Under the pieces are notes generated by a model that ran no database searches, was not told where the DNA came from, and saw nothing but the letters and a program-made list of their open reading frames with translations. From NCBI GenBank assembly GCA_051362555.1, contig CM120640.1, positions 59,932,788 through 59,996,787 on the forward strand: a stretch of 64,000 nucleotides of DNA, given 5' to 3'. Each line of letters begins with the position of its first letter. The stretch's first letter is position 1. Below, in pieces: positions 40,601 to 53,228 of this stretch. The stretch is from Lingula anatina. Its lineage: Eukaryota; Animalia; Brachiopoda. The position numbers and the translations under genes were made by a program.

Positions 40601-43600
40601 AGAATGCTGTATAAAACTTAACGATAATTACGGTAATAAAAGTGAGCAATTTAAATAACGTTTTTTGTACTAAAGCTTAATTTCAATACCAATGCACAAC
40701 ACAACGTACATGTATCTGTCCTAAATTAAACTGCATTTACCGTACTAGATAAACAAATGTAAATTCTCACAAGAAGTGGTGTCACCGGCTAAAACGTGCG
40801 AAGCAGTACTGAGAACGTGCAACAGATTCGCAATGACCTGAAAACGGGAACCAACAATAAATTCGCTGGCACGCTAAACTCTAAACAATATCACTTGCAT
40901 CACAACACTAATACAGTAAGTTTGCGCTAAGCTTACGGTAAAGTGCCATGAATTTCGAACGGCTCTTGAATTTCGAACGATCTTAAAATCGGCCGTCTGG
41001 AGTTTTTTCTGGACCATGAATTTCGGCCAGTAAGCAATTTTGCGCGATCTTCATTTCGTGAATTTCGTACACCTTAAAATCGGCCACCGGGCTATTCTCG
41101 CGCTTATAAAGATCTAACAGTCGGCAATGTTGCCCTAGCGTACCTTTACCTGAGTACTACGTGTGCGGCCCACGGTGCAAGATAACGATCAGTACAGTTA
41201 GTTTAGGACGCTAAACAACATCGTCATATCCATTCATTCAGATAACAGGAGAATCTATTAAGAGTTGTACTGTCGGGCTGTTGTTTCTTTACCGCAGTAT
41301 TCGGTGTGAGATAGCGATCGGTAGTTTTGCTGAGGCGCACAATAGCATTGTTATCGTAGAGACTTCAGTAACAGAACAAAAGAGCAATATTAAGAGCTGC
41401 AATAAAGATTACCATTATTGCTTTCTTGACGATCTTCCGCTAATGAAGTCCCTTGAAATGTACAAATGAAATGAAAAATATTTTTAAAAATAATAAATTC
41501 CAATGGGGAGGGATGGAGGGTTAAAAACAATCTAGAACGATCTCCGGCTGACGATCTGCCGCAAACGAAAGCCACTGAACGAGTATGAGCTTTCTCGTTT
41601 CACTCGGATTGCGACGCTGACGATACGAAAATTGCGTTCTCGTCTCGCCCTTTGGCTTACGAAGTCTCTTTAACAAATATGAAAATTGCCTCCTGGTCTC
41701 TCTCGGATTGCGAACCATCTCTCGCTGAAAATTTGAAATTTTCCTTTTTGTCAATCAGCTTTGTCAGTTGCCGTGCGTATGAAGGTCCGGAAGGTGTCCC
41801 CTTTCACAAATTGGCCTGTAGTTTGCTTAGTGTTTTGTACCGCATGAAGGTCACTCTTGTCACTGCTGCATACGGCGTGGAATGTGTATCTTAAAGTTCA
41901 TAGAAACATTTATTGTGTTTTGTAAGCTTTAGGAAGTAGTTTCGTCGTGACTGAATATCAGCGTACACTACAAAGTAGTACCATTCATTTGTGACGCATC
42001 ATAAAAGCTAGGTACGTCAAATTACTCTAAGAAAATTTCTTACAACGTCCACGGCTGTCCCGACAAGCCAAGACGTCATTAAAAAAAAGTCGCAAGCCTT
42101 CTAGCCGTCTTTGAAAATATAGGCCGTCCGGTGATGTCAGCGGCCGTCCAAATGACGGCTGGACAGTTCACTGGGAAAAGCCTTGCTCATAAGGGTATAT
42201 TTATTTAACTAGGGGCTTACTGACATCACCCAGCTTACATGCGGGTGCATGCCTCCCAAAATTATATTAAATGATAAAATTGTAATATATCTAAATTTAA
42301 TTGTTTGTAAATTTTGTAAAAATTGCCCATGCCACCCCGTTAGTTTGGAGGGTTAAGCTCGATCAAGTCCGTGTCAAAATTCTTTGAAACTTTGCAGGAA
42401 AAATCAATCTTCCTTTGTTTCTCTGGCTCCTTGTTTAGCCCGATGATCAGATTTATTTAGTGCCCCCAGGTCTGCTGGAGCAGCTCTTTGAAATAACACA
42501 CAGGTAGATTTTTATCTGAGATAAATATCGCGTTCGATACACTCAAGACAAAAGCTACCTGTGGGCTGAAGGGCACTTTACCCTCTAATTAAGAGGTAAA
42601 GCAAGTTCCAGCTAGATGGACGATTAAGATCGGACTTCAGATGGTAACTAGTATTGTTTACCTCAGTTCTGTGAAAGCAAACGAGAAGGGTGTCAGAACA
42701 ATGGTGCATATATAAATTATACAGAGAATTTGTACATTCAGGTGACCTTAACATATAATCGAAGGGGATTTTCGATAATATTCCTTGAAAAGTACACTAG
42801 ATTTATGGAGAATAATATCATGGTTGGCCAAAAAATTATATACGCACAGTGTATCCGTGCGTATGCCTGGTTACGCCCCTGTCGCAAACCAGCAAACCAT
42901 ATCCTACTGACTACATGAAAATTGCCTTCTAGCATGGACAAAAAGTCCAAGCTTCTATGCTTGCTCGGATCGCTGACGATCTCTTGCTGACGAATATACT
43001 AACGAAGTCCCTTGAACTAGTGTGGAAATTGACTTACTGTCGCGCTCAGGTCGCTCACTATCTCCCATTGTCGATCTTCCAGTCCCTTGAACGAATATAA
43101 AAGCTGCCTTTTCGGTTTACTCTAGATTACCTATCTCTCGCGTTTGTTTGAAGATGGTTTCAATGACAAAACGTACACGCTTTTCAAATGCGTACATTGA
43201 CGCAACTATGCGCCAGGAAATCAGTTGCTGCTGCTGGTTAAGATTGGGTTGCCTGAGCGAAAAAAAAAAAAAAACGGCCCTGCACCCCCCCCCCCCCCCA
43301 AACCTAGTATATTTGATCGCAGACAACAATCAGCGGTCATCTTGGTCGCAGCGCAAGACGGAGAGAGACCGTAATACACAGTTCGGCTGCCGTGGCGAAG
43401 GCTACCTGTGCGCCGCACATACCGATCTGCGGTCGTAGTGGCCTCTCTGCACGGAGGAGAGGCCGTAGTGCCGAGGCCGGCTTCTGCAGGGAAGGCTACG
43501 TATGCGTCGGAGACACCGACCCGCGAACGGCGAGATGAGGACGCATTCGCGCGTAAAGCTCCGCCCGACTTTAACGGTAAAGGCAACGAACCTGGTCGCG

Positions 43601-46600
43601 GAAGACACTTATCGCAGATGAAGGCTACCTGCACGTGCGCCATAGACACTGATCGGCTGTCGTCTCAGTTTCAGTGCACGGAAAGGAGCAACGGTAACAC
43701 TAAGCTTCCATAGTAAAGGTTATCTGGCCGTGACAGACGCTAATCGTCGGCCATCTCTCCCTCCGTCCACTCCCGTTCTGAGCGCCAGGATCGTTTTTGA
43801 AAAACGACACTAGTTTCTGGCTGCCAGAATCGCGTTTGAAAAACGACACTACTGACGCATTATTTTATAAATGGTGCAAGGACGTGCTGTTTTGCGGCCC
43901 TAGACAACAGTACCGCTCTATCTATGGGCCATACACAGTGATCGGGTGAAAGTACGTGTATATCTTTGGTCGCAATTACCGACACTCACACATCATACAT
44001 TATGGTAACTCTAAATAGATCGTCGGGAGAAGATAACAGAAGGCCTAGCGACGAACAGACAACTTCCGGTCAAAATTGACAGAATTCCATGAAATTCGAA
44101 CTTTCGGAAGTTCTGAGCACCTCCATTTCATGAATTTCGGCCAGAACGATCTTTTCCCAAATTTAATTATTTTCTACTGTTCGAAATTCATGGCACATTA
44201 CCGTAATAGCCGTTCTACGATTGAATATAGCTTTTACAGAGGGTTTATACAATGAAATACGCCAGATAAATTGTAGTGACACATTGCGCAAACGAAAACA
44301 AACACGAAATCACCCTAAGTAAATCTGCATCGTTAAATGACACTGAACGCTATCAAAGATCGTCGCGGCAGCAATTTAAGGTATGTTTACAAACTAAATC
44401 ATATAACTTAACAAAAAAAAACCTTAAAACATACTATAAACTCAATAACTTGTCAACAAAATAAAAACGCTTACTTTAACTCCTACGGTTGACGGAGTTG
44501 GGTCTTCCTACTGAAGAACTAGAACGGCGTGTATCTTCTGAGTATCGTGTGAGTGAATGAAGATCATTCTAAGTGTAACTAACTAATATCAGAGTTTCTG
44601 GCCAATAACATCCAGCCAACACCCCTCACCAGATCGATCACGCCACTTATCCCCGTAACATGGGGGTTACTGACCAATGGAGTCCGGCCGACACCCCTCA
44701 CGAGATTGAAAGCGCCACTACCCGTTATACAATAATCTAACCCCAATACAGAGACAGCGCTAGGAGGCTAGCGAAGTGAAAGGGCTACAAATTTACAGAA
44801 AGGGGTCTTCAGATCTATACATAGAGTACTTAACATTCTCCTGGAAATAATCCTGTAGCAATTAAATAACAGTAAATAATAATAATAATAATAGTTGGTT
44901 TCAACACACTGGCAACTTCTTTGGTGAGGACACTGTCAGTTATTCACATGTATTGTTTATATGGACATGCTGTTTTTTTGTAGTTGGTGCAGGTGGGGCC
45001 AAAAATTTAAGACCATACATATTGATTCCTGTATTTCTGTTTTAAGGGCATCCTGTCATTCCTGTCAGCTCCTCTGGTGGGGGCACTGTCAGACATATGG
45101 GGTCGCAAGCCATTTCTGTTGCTTACTGTCTCTTTTACATGTGCTCCTATACCACTCATGAAGTTTAGTCCTATGTAAGTAATTTGCAATCATTAACTAA
45201 TTGGTGCCCTTTTAAATGTGCATACTCATAGCATAGTTTTTTTAACAGTTCATTATCTCATTTATTGTTTTAGGTACGTACTGTATTTTTTGGTTACAAT
45301 TAAGTAAAATATCATTATATTCAGTCATCTTAGTGTTGGGTATTTTATTTTAAATAAATGCACTAGCAACAGACTTTTATAACATCTGGTACATAAATTT
45401 GTGTGTTTTCAGGTGGTACTTTACCATGATCTCAATCTCAGGAATCTTTGCTGTCACCTTCAGTGTAGTGTTTGCCTATGTAGCTGATATCACAACAGAG
45501 GAAGACAGAAGTGCTGCTTATGGACTGGTCAGTGAAATGCATACACACAGACATGCACAGACATACAATTTTTTTCCAATTTCATACAGCAGAATGCTCA
45601 GTTCATTGTTTGCCCAAACACATGAAGGTGACTGATCTCTCCTGATGATACCTCTGAACTAAGATCTGAGTATTTGTTTCTTGAATTTTATAGGTGTCTG
45701 CAACATTTGCTGCAAGCCTTGTGACCAGTCCTGCCATTGGTGCTTACTTGGGTCACATGTACAGTGAGAAGTTAGTTGTGGCCCTAGCCACTGCAATAGC
45801 CTTACTAGATGTGCTCTTTATACTTGTGGCAGTGCCGGAGTCGTTGCCAGAAAAATTACGACCGTCTTCCTGGGGATCACACATCTCTTGGGAGAAGGCT
45901 GATCCATTTGGTGTAAGTAGATTTCTTGTGGTAATGTAGAAAGTAATATTAGGCCTACAAAATCTCTATGTGGAGCATTTTCTCACATTTTCTCTGGTGC
46001 TTAAACCCTTAGTGACATTTATTCTTCATATTCATTGTGCTTTAAAACTCATGTTTTAGAATCAGTTGAATATTTCATTAAAAAAACCCATAAACAATGT
46101 AATTATGTTTAAGTACATAGTTCTAATTGTAAGTTGAGAAAAGACTTAACTGTCTATTAAAGTTTCTTTTTCCCTGTTCTTTTCAGGCTTTGAGAAAAAT
46201 TGGTCAAGATCAGTTAATACTCATGTTGTGTGTAACAGTATTTTTATCCTATCTACCAGAAGCTGGAGAATACTCCTGTTTCTTTGTATATCTAAAACTG
46301 GTGAGTTGATTTGTTAGAAATCTACATGTCTCCACACATGAATTTTGCACCATACTGCTTGATATTTGCTAAACATCCACAATATTTGTGATACATGCTT
46401 GTATCATTTGGCCAGCATCCGTACATGTCCGTAATAATCCGCAGAGGCACTTGTTTCTCTTCCCTAGATTTTTGAGATGTCCAAAATTTTGGTTGTGGAT
46501 GATATGCGCAGCATACATACGCAAAACAAAAGTAGTACATTTGCAAAACATGCACTGTTTTCTGCTCTTATCCACAACTCCAGGGTAACCTTATGTAGAG

Positions 46601-49600
46601 CAACCCTATCACAAATGTAAATGATCTAGTTCAAATATTACAGATTTGTCAGGATTTAAACATTTCTGTTGCGTCTGATTTGCGAACATCTGCAATGGCA
46701 TCCAGTTTTAATCGTGATACATATACTGTTATACAATACATAATATGTTCGTAATTCATAGTGTTCTTATCAGCATACTATTACGGAAAATTTGTCATTT
46801 TTGGTCAATTCTGTTGCGGATGACTACGAAGGCCCGAATCCCTAGAATATTTGTATCCTCAATTCTCTCGTCAGTATGATCTGGCCTTATCCGATTACAC
46901 AATTGTAAAAAAAACTGAATGTACAAATGCCTACAATTTATCCCATAAGATAATTTGTTCAGTAATAACAGCATTTTTTTCAATCTTTAAGTTGCATGCA
47001 GTGTATACTGTACATTTTTCCAGATAATGGGATTCTCAGAAGAAGCAGTGGCATCTTTTATAGCTGTTGTAGGGGTGTTGTCAGTGTTTGCTCAGGTGAG
47101 TAAGGATAGAAAAGACACTGGAAATGCTGTAAAATATAGTGCTTTGCATAAATGAAGATTTTTTGTAAGTTTTTTAAAAACAAAAATACTATATTAACCC
47201 CATATGTTTGAATCTATTTTCAGACTGTTATCCTAGCCTTCTTAATGAAGTACCTAGGCAGTAAGCATGCTATTATAGTGGGACTTACTTGTGAGATGGT
47301 GCAGCTGGCCTGGTATGGCTTTGGTTCACAGCCTTGGTAAGTAATACCATCTAGTTTGTCATTTACAATATGCCAAATTGAGTCTATATATTTAATGGTA
47401 CAGTTGGATAAGATGAATATTTATGTATAGTATGTAGTAGAGTAATAAGATGCTTGTTTACCAGAGCGGAGGCTTGTATCAATGTTTTAATGCTAGAAAG
47501 ACAACGTTGCAGGTCAGCAGGTCAACTTGTGTTGGACTCTAATTATTACCAAAGTGAATAGGGCACCAGACATGTTTTATCACGGCAAAAGGCATACTCA
47601 CTCACAGATGTCTTAATCTTACTTGTTTCAGGATGATGTGGTCAGCTGGGGCTATTGCAGCCATGTCCAGCATTACATATCCAGCCATCAGTGCATTTGC
47701 CTCTGCTCACGCTGATGCTGACCAACAAGGTAAGTCCAATAACACATATGACTAGGTCATTTATCAACCGACTTTGTTCAATAGTAACTGCTTTTATGTT
47801 TTATATCCAATTTGGTTGACTCAAGAGTGGGTAGTTTCAGGTTTTAGATGTAAGATTTACCCTGAAGAGTGATCAGAAACACTTGCAAATTTACTGTGAC
47901 AGGCCATCTCTATTAAATTGGAAGACGGGGGTGTGAGAAGTGAGCAGGACCGAAATCTTAGTTTATGTCAGGTGTTTAATCTTATCATTCCAGGTGTAGC
48001 CCAGGGGATCATCACAGGAATCCGGGGACTGTGCAATGGGCTGGGACCAGCGCTTTATGGATTTATCTTCTTTCTGTTCCATGTTGACTTGAATGAGATG
48101 TCATCAGACGCAGAGAAGCCACTCATTCATGCAAAGCCAACTACCACCCTCCAGCCTCTCACCAATCAAACCTCTTTTGTTCACATGGAACCAATGCCAA
48201 ATAGGACAATAGATGTGAGTTCTTTTTTTAGGTCCACTGTAACAAATCAAAGATTATGCCCAAATAATATTTGATTTGATTTGTTACATTTGGTGGAATT
48301 GATAATGTTTTGGAAATTTTAATGATGGCATTACCTGTTTATTTAGACTAATGTCAGTAGGATGTGAAGTAAACTTTGCAACGTGAAAAGATTATCCAAA
48401 AATTATACATGATTATAAAAGAATTAAGAGGTGAACCTTAATTGCACTATCAGACTGTTAATGGTCCTGATATATAACAATAAGGCTCCTTTGTCACTAT
48501 CACATGCATCTATTAGATCTAAGTCTTGTGTTTGTAGCTTTTTGAATAATATTTTCTCATCCTAACATTCCTCATTATAACACTGGTGATTTTCTGCCTT
48601 TTTCCTCTGTATTTTGGCTGCAAGAACATTGTCATTTATTCATGGCTGCAGGTCTCTTTTCACAAGTGTTTTCACTCACAAAATTACCACCTTGTCCAGT
48701 GACAGTCACAAAACCCTATCCAATTTACTCGACATGTTCATTTGGTTAGCAGTTTGGCAAAAAATCTGTTTTACTGAATGGATACCTGGTTCTCCAGCTT
48801 TCTGATGCTGGTCTCCTTCATCTTCGCGAGTTCTGTGTGGATGATAGATCCAAATTGCAGTACAAAGAAGTTTTATGCAATTTATTTGTCTTACACAGTC
48901 GTTTTCCATGTATATGGCAACTTAAAGCATCTATGAAATACTGGTAGCTCTTGCCAACGCTTCATTGTGTTCCAGTGAGCTATTTGCCTCTACACTAGTT
49001 AGCTGCTTTATCTTCTTCTATTGACCAGTAGGGATGAAGTAGGTGCAAATTCTGATGCCCTTACCTGTGATGTTAATCTATGTCCAGTTGCAACTTTTTA
49101 TCAAGAAATAATTTTTAGCTTTTTATTAGACTATTTAATGACTGTTGATTTTGTATTATATTTCACAAAAATAGATTGTCTTAATAGATTGTTAAAATAA
49201 TTACATTTTTCTATTGAGTTTAAACCTTTTTGTTTCTTTTCAGTCTGTAGTTCCAGGTCCTCCATTTGCTTTTGGTGCCATTCTAGTCATCTTAGCCCTC
49301 CTTGTGGCAATATTCATTCCAGAAAATCCACACACAAATCTAAACAAAAGAACTTATAGTCATGACAAAGGTAAAACTAAAAAATAAATAATCTTGCTTG
49401 TCAATTATAGGTTTACTTATCCTTTAATTGTACTGATTTTATTCAAAACTTTGTTTTTGTGATGAGTTTTATAAACTATGTGAATCATTTGTATTTGTTT
49501 GCTGTTAGTTATTCATTTAAGATGTGTACTTAATTTAATATCAACTGAAGTAAAACGTAGTATTTTTCATTTCTAAAATATTTCTATTATTTGCATTTCA

Positions 49601-49633
49601 GAAGCCTTAATATCCAGTGAAGAAGAGGCATGA
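31615..49633 (+). CDS. MFSD14A: MFS transporter MFSD14 / hippocampus abundant transcript 1 (HIAT1), 13 coding exons, 491 aa
   Basis: Exons 31615-31692, 38759-38854, 39583-39645, 45047-45174, 45413-45527, 45694-45912, 46187-46300, 47024-47095, 47224-47336, 47632-47729, 47994-48214, 49244-49370, 49602-49633 (1476 nt, in frame). Motifs: GIGNPSVYHALVVIFLEFFAWGLLT, MFS motif A GALSDIWGRK, FAYVADIT, AVPESL, GIRGLCNGLGPALYG, PGPPFAFG. Likely co-ortholog of vertebrate MFSD14A and MFSD14B. Confidence 0.95.
33021..33481. mobile_element. MITE family B, with a family A copy inserted in its right TIR
   Basis: TIR CCCAATGAAACTATCAGTCTA / TAGACTGATAGTTTCATTGGG; the right arm is interrupted at 33237-33452. 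Confidence 0.75.
33237..33452 (+). mobile_element. MITE family A (216 bp, PIF/Harbinger-like)
   Basis: TIR GGGCGTATTCCCAGAGCTTTTAGATCGATCTA / TAGATCTATCTAAAAGCTCTGGGAATACAGCC; flanks TTA/ATA; three copies in the window. Confidence 0.9.
33769..35002 (-). mobile_element. Fold-back MITE family C, split by element D
   Basis: 33769-33901 and 34876-35002 are the two halves, in reverse orientation, of the intact copy at 58473-58729. Confidence 0.85.
33902..34875. mobile_element. Non-autonomous DNA transposon D (974 bp, TTA TSD)
   Basis: TTA|GGCCACACTTTTTT..ATGGATGACATCCT...AGGATGTCATCCATAAAAAAAAAGTGTGGCC|TTA. The empty site is a single TAA at 58597-58599 in the intact C copy. No recognisable transposase. 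Confidence 0.9.
35778..38391 (+). mobile_element. Helentron-associated (HINE/DINE-1-like) non-autonomous element with an internal satellite array
   Basis: 5' subTIR ATTGTACCACCAGC (35778-35791) with an adjacent palindrome and a (CCGGCTCCG)-like microsatellite. 3' subTIR GCTGGTGGTACAAT (38342-38355), hairpin GAGGCG-GTAT-CGCCTC (38361-38376), end CTAGTT. No TSD. Confidence 0.85.
36771..38184. repeat. 146-bp tandem array, ~9.7 units
   Basis: The unit anchor CTCCAAAACTGGC (CTTC in one unit) starts at 36771, 36917, 37063, 37209, 37355, 37501, 37647, 37793, 37939 and 38085, an exact 146-bp period. Confidence 0.97.
39075..39219 (-). mobile_element. Degenerate partial copy of MITE family B
   Basis: AATCACCAGCTTT..GTATTCTAC, GATTGCATTCAGC and the terminal GATGAGCCC match the reverse complement of 33021-33160. 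Confidence 0.6.
40375..44835 (-). mobile_element. Candidate solo LTR (~1.2 kb without its insert), interrupted by element G
   Basis: TGTT...AACA termini; minus-strand ATTAAA ~110 nt before the end; duplicated CCAAT..ACACCCCTCAC..CGCCACT blocks at ~44600-44720; CpG-rich relative to the host intron. The flanks (TTCCAC / TTCTCC) are not a clean TSD. Confidence 0.45.
40936..44203. mobile_element. Non-autonomous TA-TSD DNA transposon G (3.27 kb, Tc1/mariner/pogo-like)
   Basis: TA|CGGTAAAGTGCCATGAATTTCGAAC...GTTCGAAATTCATGGCACATTACCG|TA, with subterminal GAATTTCG repeats at both ends. No recognisable transposase ORF. Confidence 0.9.
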
Positions 49634-51068
49634 CAGTGACAGTTTAGTACACTGGGTCTACATTTGCCCTGTCCAAATTATGTGCTAACATTGTGTTGTT
49701 TTACTTGGATACATTGCTGGTACTAACATTTTGTTCATAGACATGGGTATGTTGCCCATGCCAACAGAACACCTGTCAAAGTCTCTGTCATACAATACTT
49801 AGCAGTTTGTAACGCAAATTCAGTTCAGTAAGGATTGATGGATCCCTTTGGATCTTTAAACCTTGCAGCCTGTCATCCTGAGCAAGTAACTTGTTGCCTT
49901 GTCAGTAGTGAATGAGAAAGAGAAGTGAAGCTCACAGGTATTCTGTGAATCTCAAGATAGAGAAATAATTTTCATAATATTATGAGAACCTGCTGCACTG
50001 GCAGACAGAACAGTAACAGCAAGGTTATTAAATACATTTGGATTACAGCATGGTTACTTGAAAAAAGGATCCCTGTGTAAGACAAGTTGATTGCAATAGC
50101 ATAGCCGTTTTCATGTATTTATGTACCAACATTTTTTTTCTGTTGGAAATGGAGACCATTTTGATACCATTTTGCTGCTGTCCCACCGTGTATCTGACCT
50201 AAATATTCTGTATGTATGCCACCTCTACAGTTGTACGCCTTACTAATACTAACTCAATACATGCAGTTGCTCTTCAAACTTTTCATGAGGAACTGCAAAA
50301 TACTGGATATTATTTCTATAGCAGAATATGAAACAAAACTTGCATTTTATCCAGATGAGGACATGCTCTTCACAGTTTAAGTCTAGTTGATGAAAAAACT
50401 GACATGCAGGTGGATCAGGTTGCAGGAAACAGGCAGGATGGATTTGACTAGAACATGTCACAAAAGCCATACATTTAAGCTGAATTTGAGTTGTTGTTTG
50501 AAAAACTAAATTGTAACATTTAAGAAACATTCAAGCAGTGACTGATATGTGTCACTGATGTTAGAAAAGTGCTTTACTAGTGCATTGACCAGGTAAATGG
50601 CAGGAAGTAAATGGATGATTGTTGTAGTACCATATAAGTTTTATATTAAAAAAAAAAACATCAATTAAATTGATTTTAATTTAAAAAAAACAAGTTTTTT
50701 TGTTATTTGTTGTTATTGCCTTTTCATTTTGGGTGTGAGATGGGTAGGATGTTTTGATGTTTTTTTAAGAGGAAGGGATAGGGATAAATTTTTAATTTTT
50801 CAATTAATACTTTAAAATAATATTTAAAAGAATGTTAATATTGAAAAAGAATATTTAAAAATGTGAAGGGATGGGTGTTGGTGGTTTTTCAATTTTTTTT
50901 CCAGTTGAATAACAAATTAAATGTGCTTTCAATGTCCAAAATTGCTTCTGGTTCTGCTGCACAAGAAAATTGAGCAGTGGTATTCAGGTTATAACAAAAC
51001 TCGGAACTAAATTTTGATGTACAAAGAGGTCAATAAGAACTGCTTCATAGGGACAAAGGAAACCAAGG

Positions 51069-51222
51069 GGGCATCTCGATAGTCCGCAGGTTCACTGTCC
51101 GGAAAAATGGTAACATTTTTATCATTTTTTAATCAAGGATCCATTGGTCCGAAGGTTCTATAGTGAACGTTTGGACCAATGGACCTTCATACTTTTGAAC
51201 CCTTGGACTATTGCCACAGCCC
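51069..51222. mobile_element. Degenerate MITE with internal inverted repeats
   Basis: GGGC..ATAGTCC / GGACTAT..GCCC ends; internal TCCATTGGTCC / GGACCAATGGA. Confidence 0.45.
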
Positions 51223-51708
51223 TAAAACCAAATGTGAGTGGTTTCTGTACTATGCAGGACAAAGGTTCTTGCCAGTAAAATTGTATTTGAAAATTATAGG
51301 AATTGTATGACAACGACTGGTCTCTTTGTGGTGTAGCTAAAGAAGACATCTTGCATATTTTCTTTCATTGAGCTATGAGTAAGAACATTTGTGAAGAATC
51401 AAAATCTTATATTTTCAATAGAACAAGTAATGGCATTATCTTTATCATCAATGAAAAATGTATTCTTTTTGGCTCTCTGCCAAACTCATCCAGTCCAATA
51501 AATTTATCCTGTATGTACAGCTTTTTACATTCACAAAAATTTCAAAAAGAAAGATGTTAATTTCCCTCCTGAAAGAACAATTTAGTATAGATTTATTGCA
51601 TTAAAAATCCCAAATTTCACTAACTTTGAAAAAAAAATACAGAAATTGGAACAATATGTTTGAGACAAACCAGTTACTAAGTATTTATTTGTAGTTGTTT
51701 CTCTTATT

Positions 51709-53228
51709 ATGTACAGACACAGATGTGTCTGTACATATTGCCATCACCTGCGTCTGTCGTCGCCGATGGCGATGGCGATGGCGATGGCGATGCCGATGCC
51801 GATGCCGGCGCCGTGCACTTTCCTTGTAAACACGATAAGTGGAGGGCAGTTTTACTTTTTGGCTTTATATTTACAGAGCTGATGAATATTCATAAAACGC
51901 AGGTCAAGTTCGAAAATCAGTATGATCGGGCCATTATTGTAGAAGTTATGCTGTTTTTTCACTTTTCAGCATATTTTTCACATTTCCTCAGATTCAATTC
52001 TTAGGCATGTTAACAGTCTCATTATTAAACTAATAAGATACATAAAAGTGTTTGTTTGACATTAACTGCATCTTTACAACATTGTTAGTTGATTTTGTAA
52101 AAAAGATGGTAAACTTGTTATCATGTATTGTGTAATAAAGTTTCAAAAATAGAAAAAAACTCATATCATTGCAGTTTGTCAGATTCAATCATTCACTATG
52201 TTCAGAATCTCAGAATGGAAGAAATTGGACATTTAACACTGCTCTGTTGATATTTTTCCCATCATCAATTTTCTTAGTTGATCATATAAAAATGGCAGTA
52301 AACTGTTAATTTTGTTTTATGTTAAAAATTGTTAAAAATGGAAAAAAAAAACATTTCAGAACAGTGCTGTCTTGTTTACATTTTGGCATTTTCAAGTTGT
52401 GACTTTGAAGTTCCATGGGCCTGAAGACCTTTGCTAGTCACATTTTCTGAACATCCATGATACTAATATTTTATTATTAAAAATTGATGGTCATTATGCT
52501 GTTAAACATTATGTAATATTGCATCAAAATTTGAAAAAAACATATTTTGGGCACTGTTCCCATGATGACCATTTAAGAAAAACCATGTCAATTACTGTTC
52601 TTAAACAGTACAGTAAATATATATAGATGTGTCTGTACATATTGACATCACCTGTGTCTGTCGTCGCCGTCATCGCCGTCGCCGTGCACTTTCATTGTAA
52701 GCACGATAAGTGGAAGGCAGTTTTACTTTTGGGCTTTATATTTACAAAGCTGATGAATATTCATAAAACACAGGTCAAGTTCAAAAATCAGCATGATCGG
52801 GCCTTTATTGTAGTAGTTATGCTTTTTTTTTTTCACTTTTCAGCATATATGCAACACTGTAAACACATTTCAAGAAAAACCGATAGGCTTGTTGTCATGA
52901 AACTCACAGGAGTAATTGATCTTACTAAAACGCAAGTCAAGTTCGAAATCGGCATGCAGCCTGAGTTGGAAAAGCAGTCTAATTGGCTTCTTTTTCTGGA
53001 AGTTATACATGTTCAAAGTGTGAACTTGAACTCCCATGGGCCTGAAGCCTTATGCTTGTTACACATTTTACTTACATTGGTATTACCTGTTGAGCATAAT
53101 TAAAATTTGATGTTAAATTTGCAGTTTAACATAATGTACTTTTGCATCAGAATTGACATTAGCCTATTTTGTGCATAGTTATTTCCTGCTTTTTGTCTGT
53201 ACATTTGACAGCTTTGCTGCCTTGTTTT
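51709..53228 (+). mobile_element. Second HINE/DINE-1-like element with a duplicated 5' module
   Basis: 5' palindrome ATGTACAGACAC-AGAT-GTGTCTGTACAT and a (GATGGC/GATGCC)n microsatellite; the 5' core is repeated at ~52626-52850. 3' subTIR TGTCTGTACAT (53194-53204), then hairpin CAGC-TTT-GCTG and CTTGTTTT. Confidence 0.7.

Noticed and set aside
41540-41635. CTGACGA...GAAA strings resembling hammerhead ribozyme cores (also CTGATGA on the minus strand near 40430)
   Set aside because: I could not build convincing stems I-III around them.
42207-42260. Hairpin plus CTAG as the 3' end of a minus-strand Helitron
   Set aside because: No matching 5' end was found, and it could equally be a decayed CAGGGGCGTA-type TIR pairing with 42881. 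Left unannotated.
43117-43713. Cluster of 70-140 aa ORFs inside element G
   Set aside because: No transposase, RT or other motif; explained by high GC content and degenerate repeats.
48614-48950. WIPGSPAF resembling MFSD14 exon 12 (VPGPPFAF) as a possible duplicate exon
   Set aside because: An immediate stop codon follows, there is no suitable acceptor, and similarity does not extend further.
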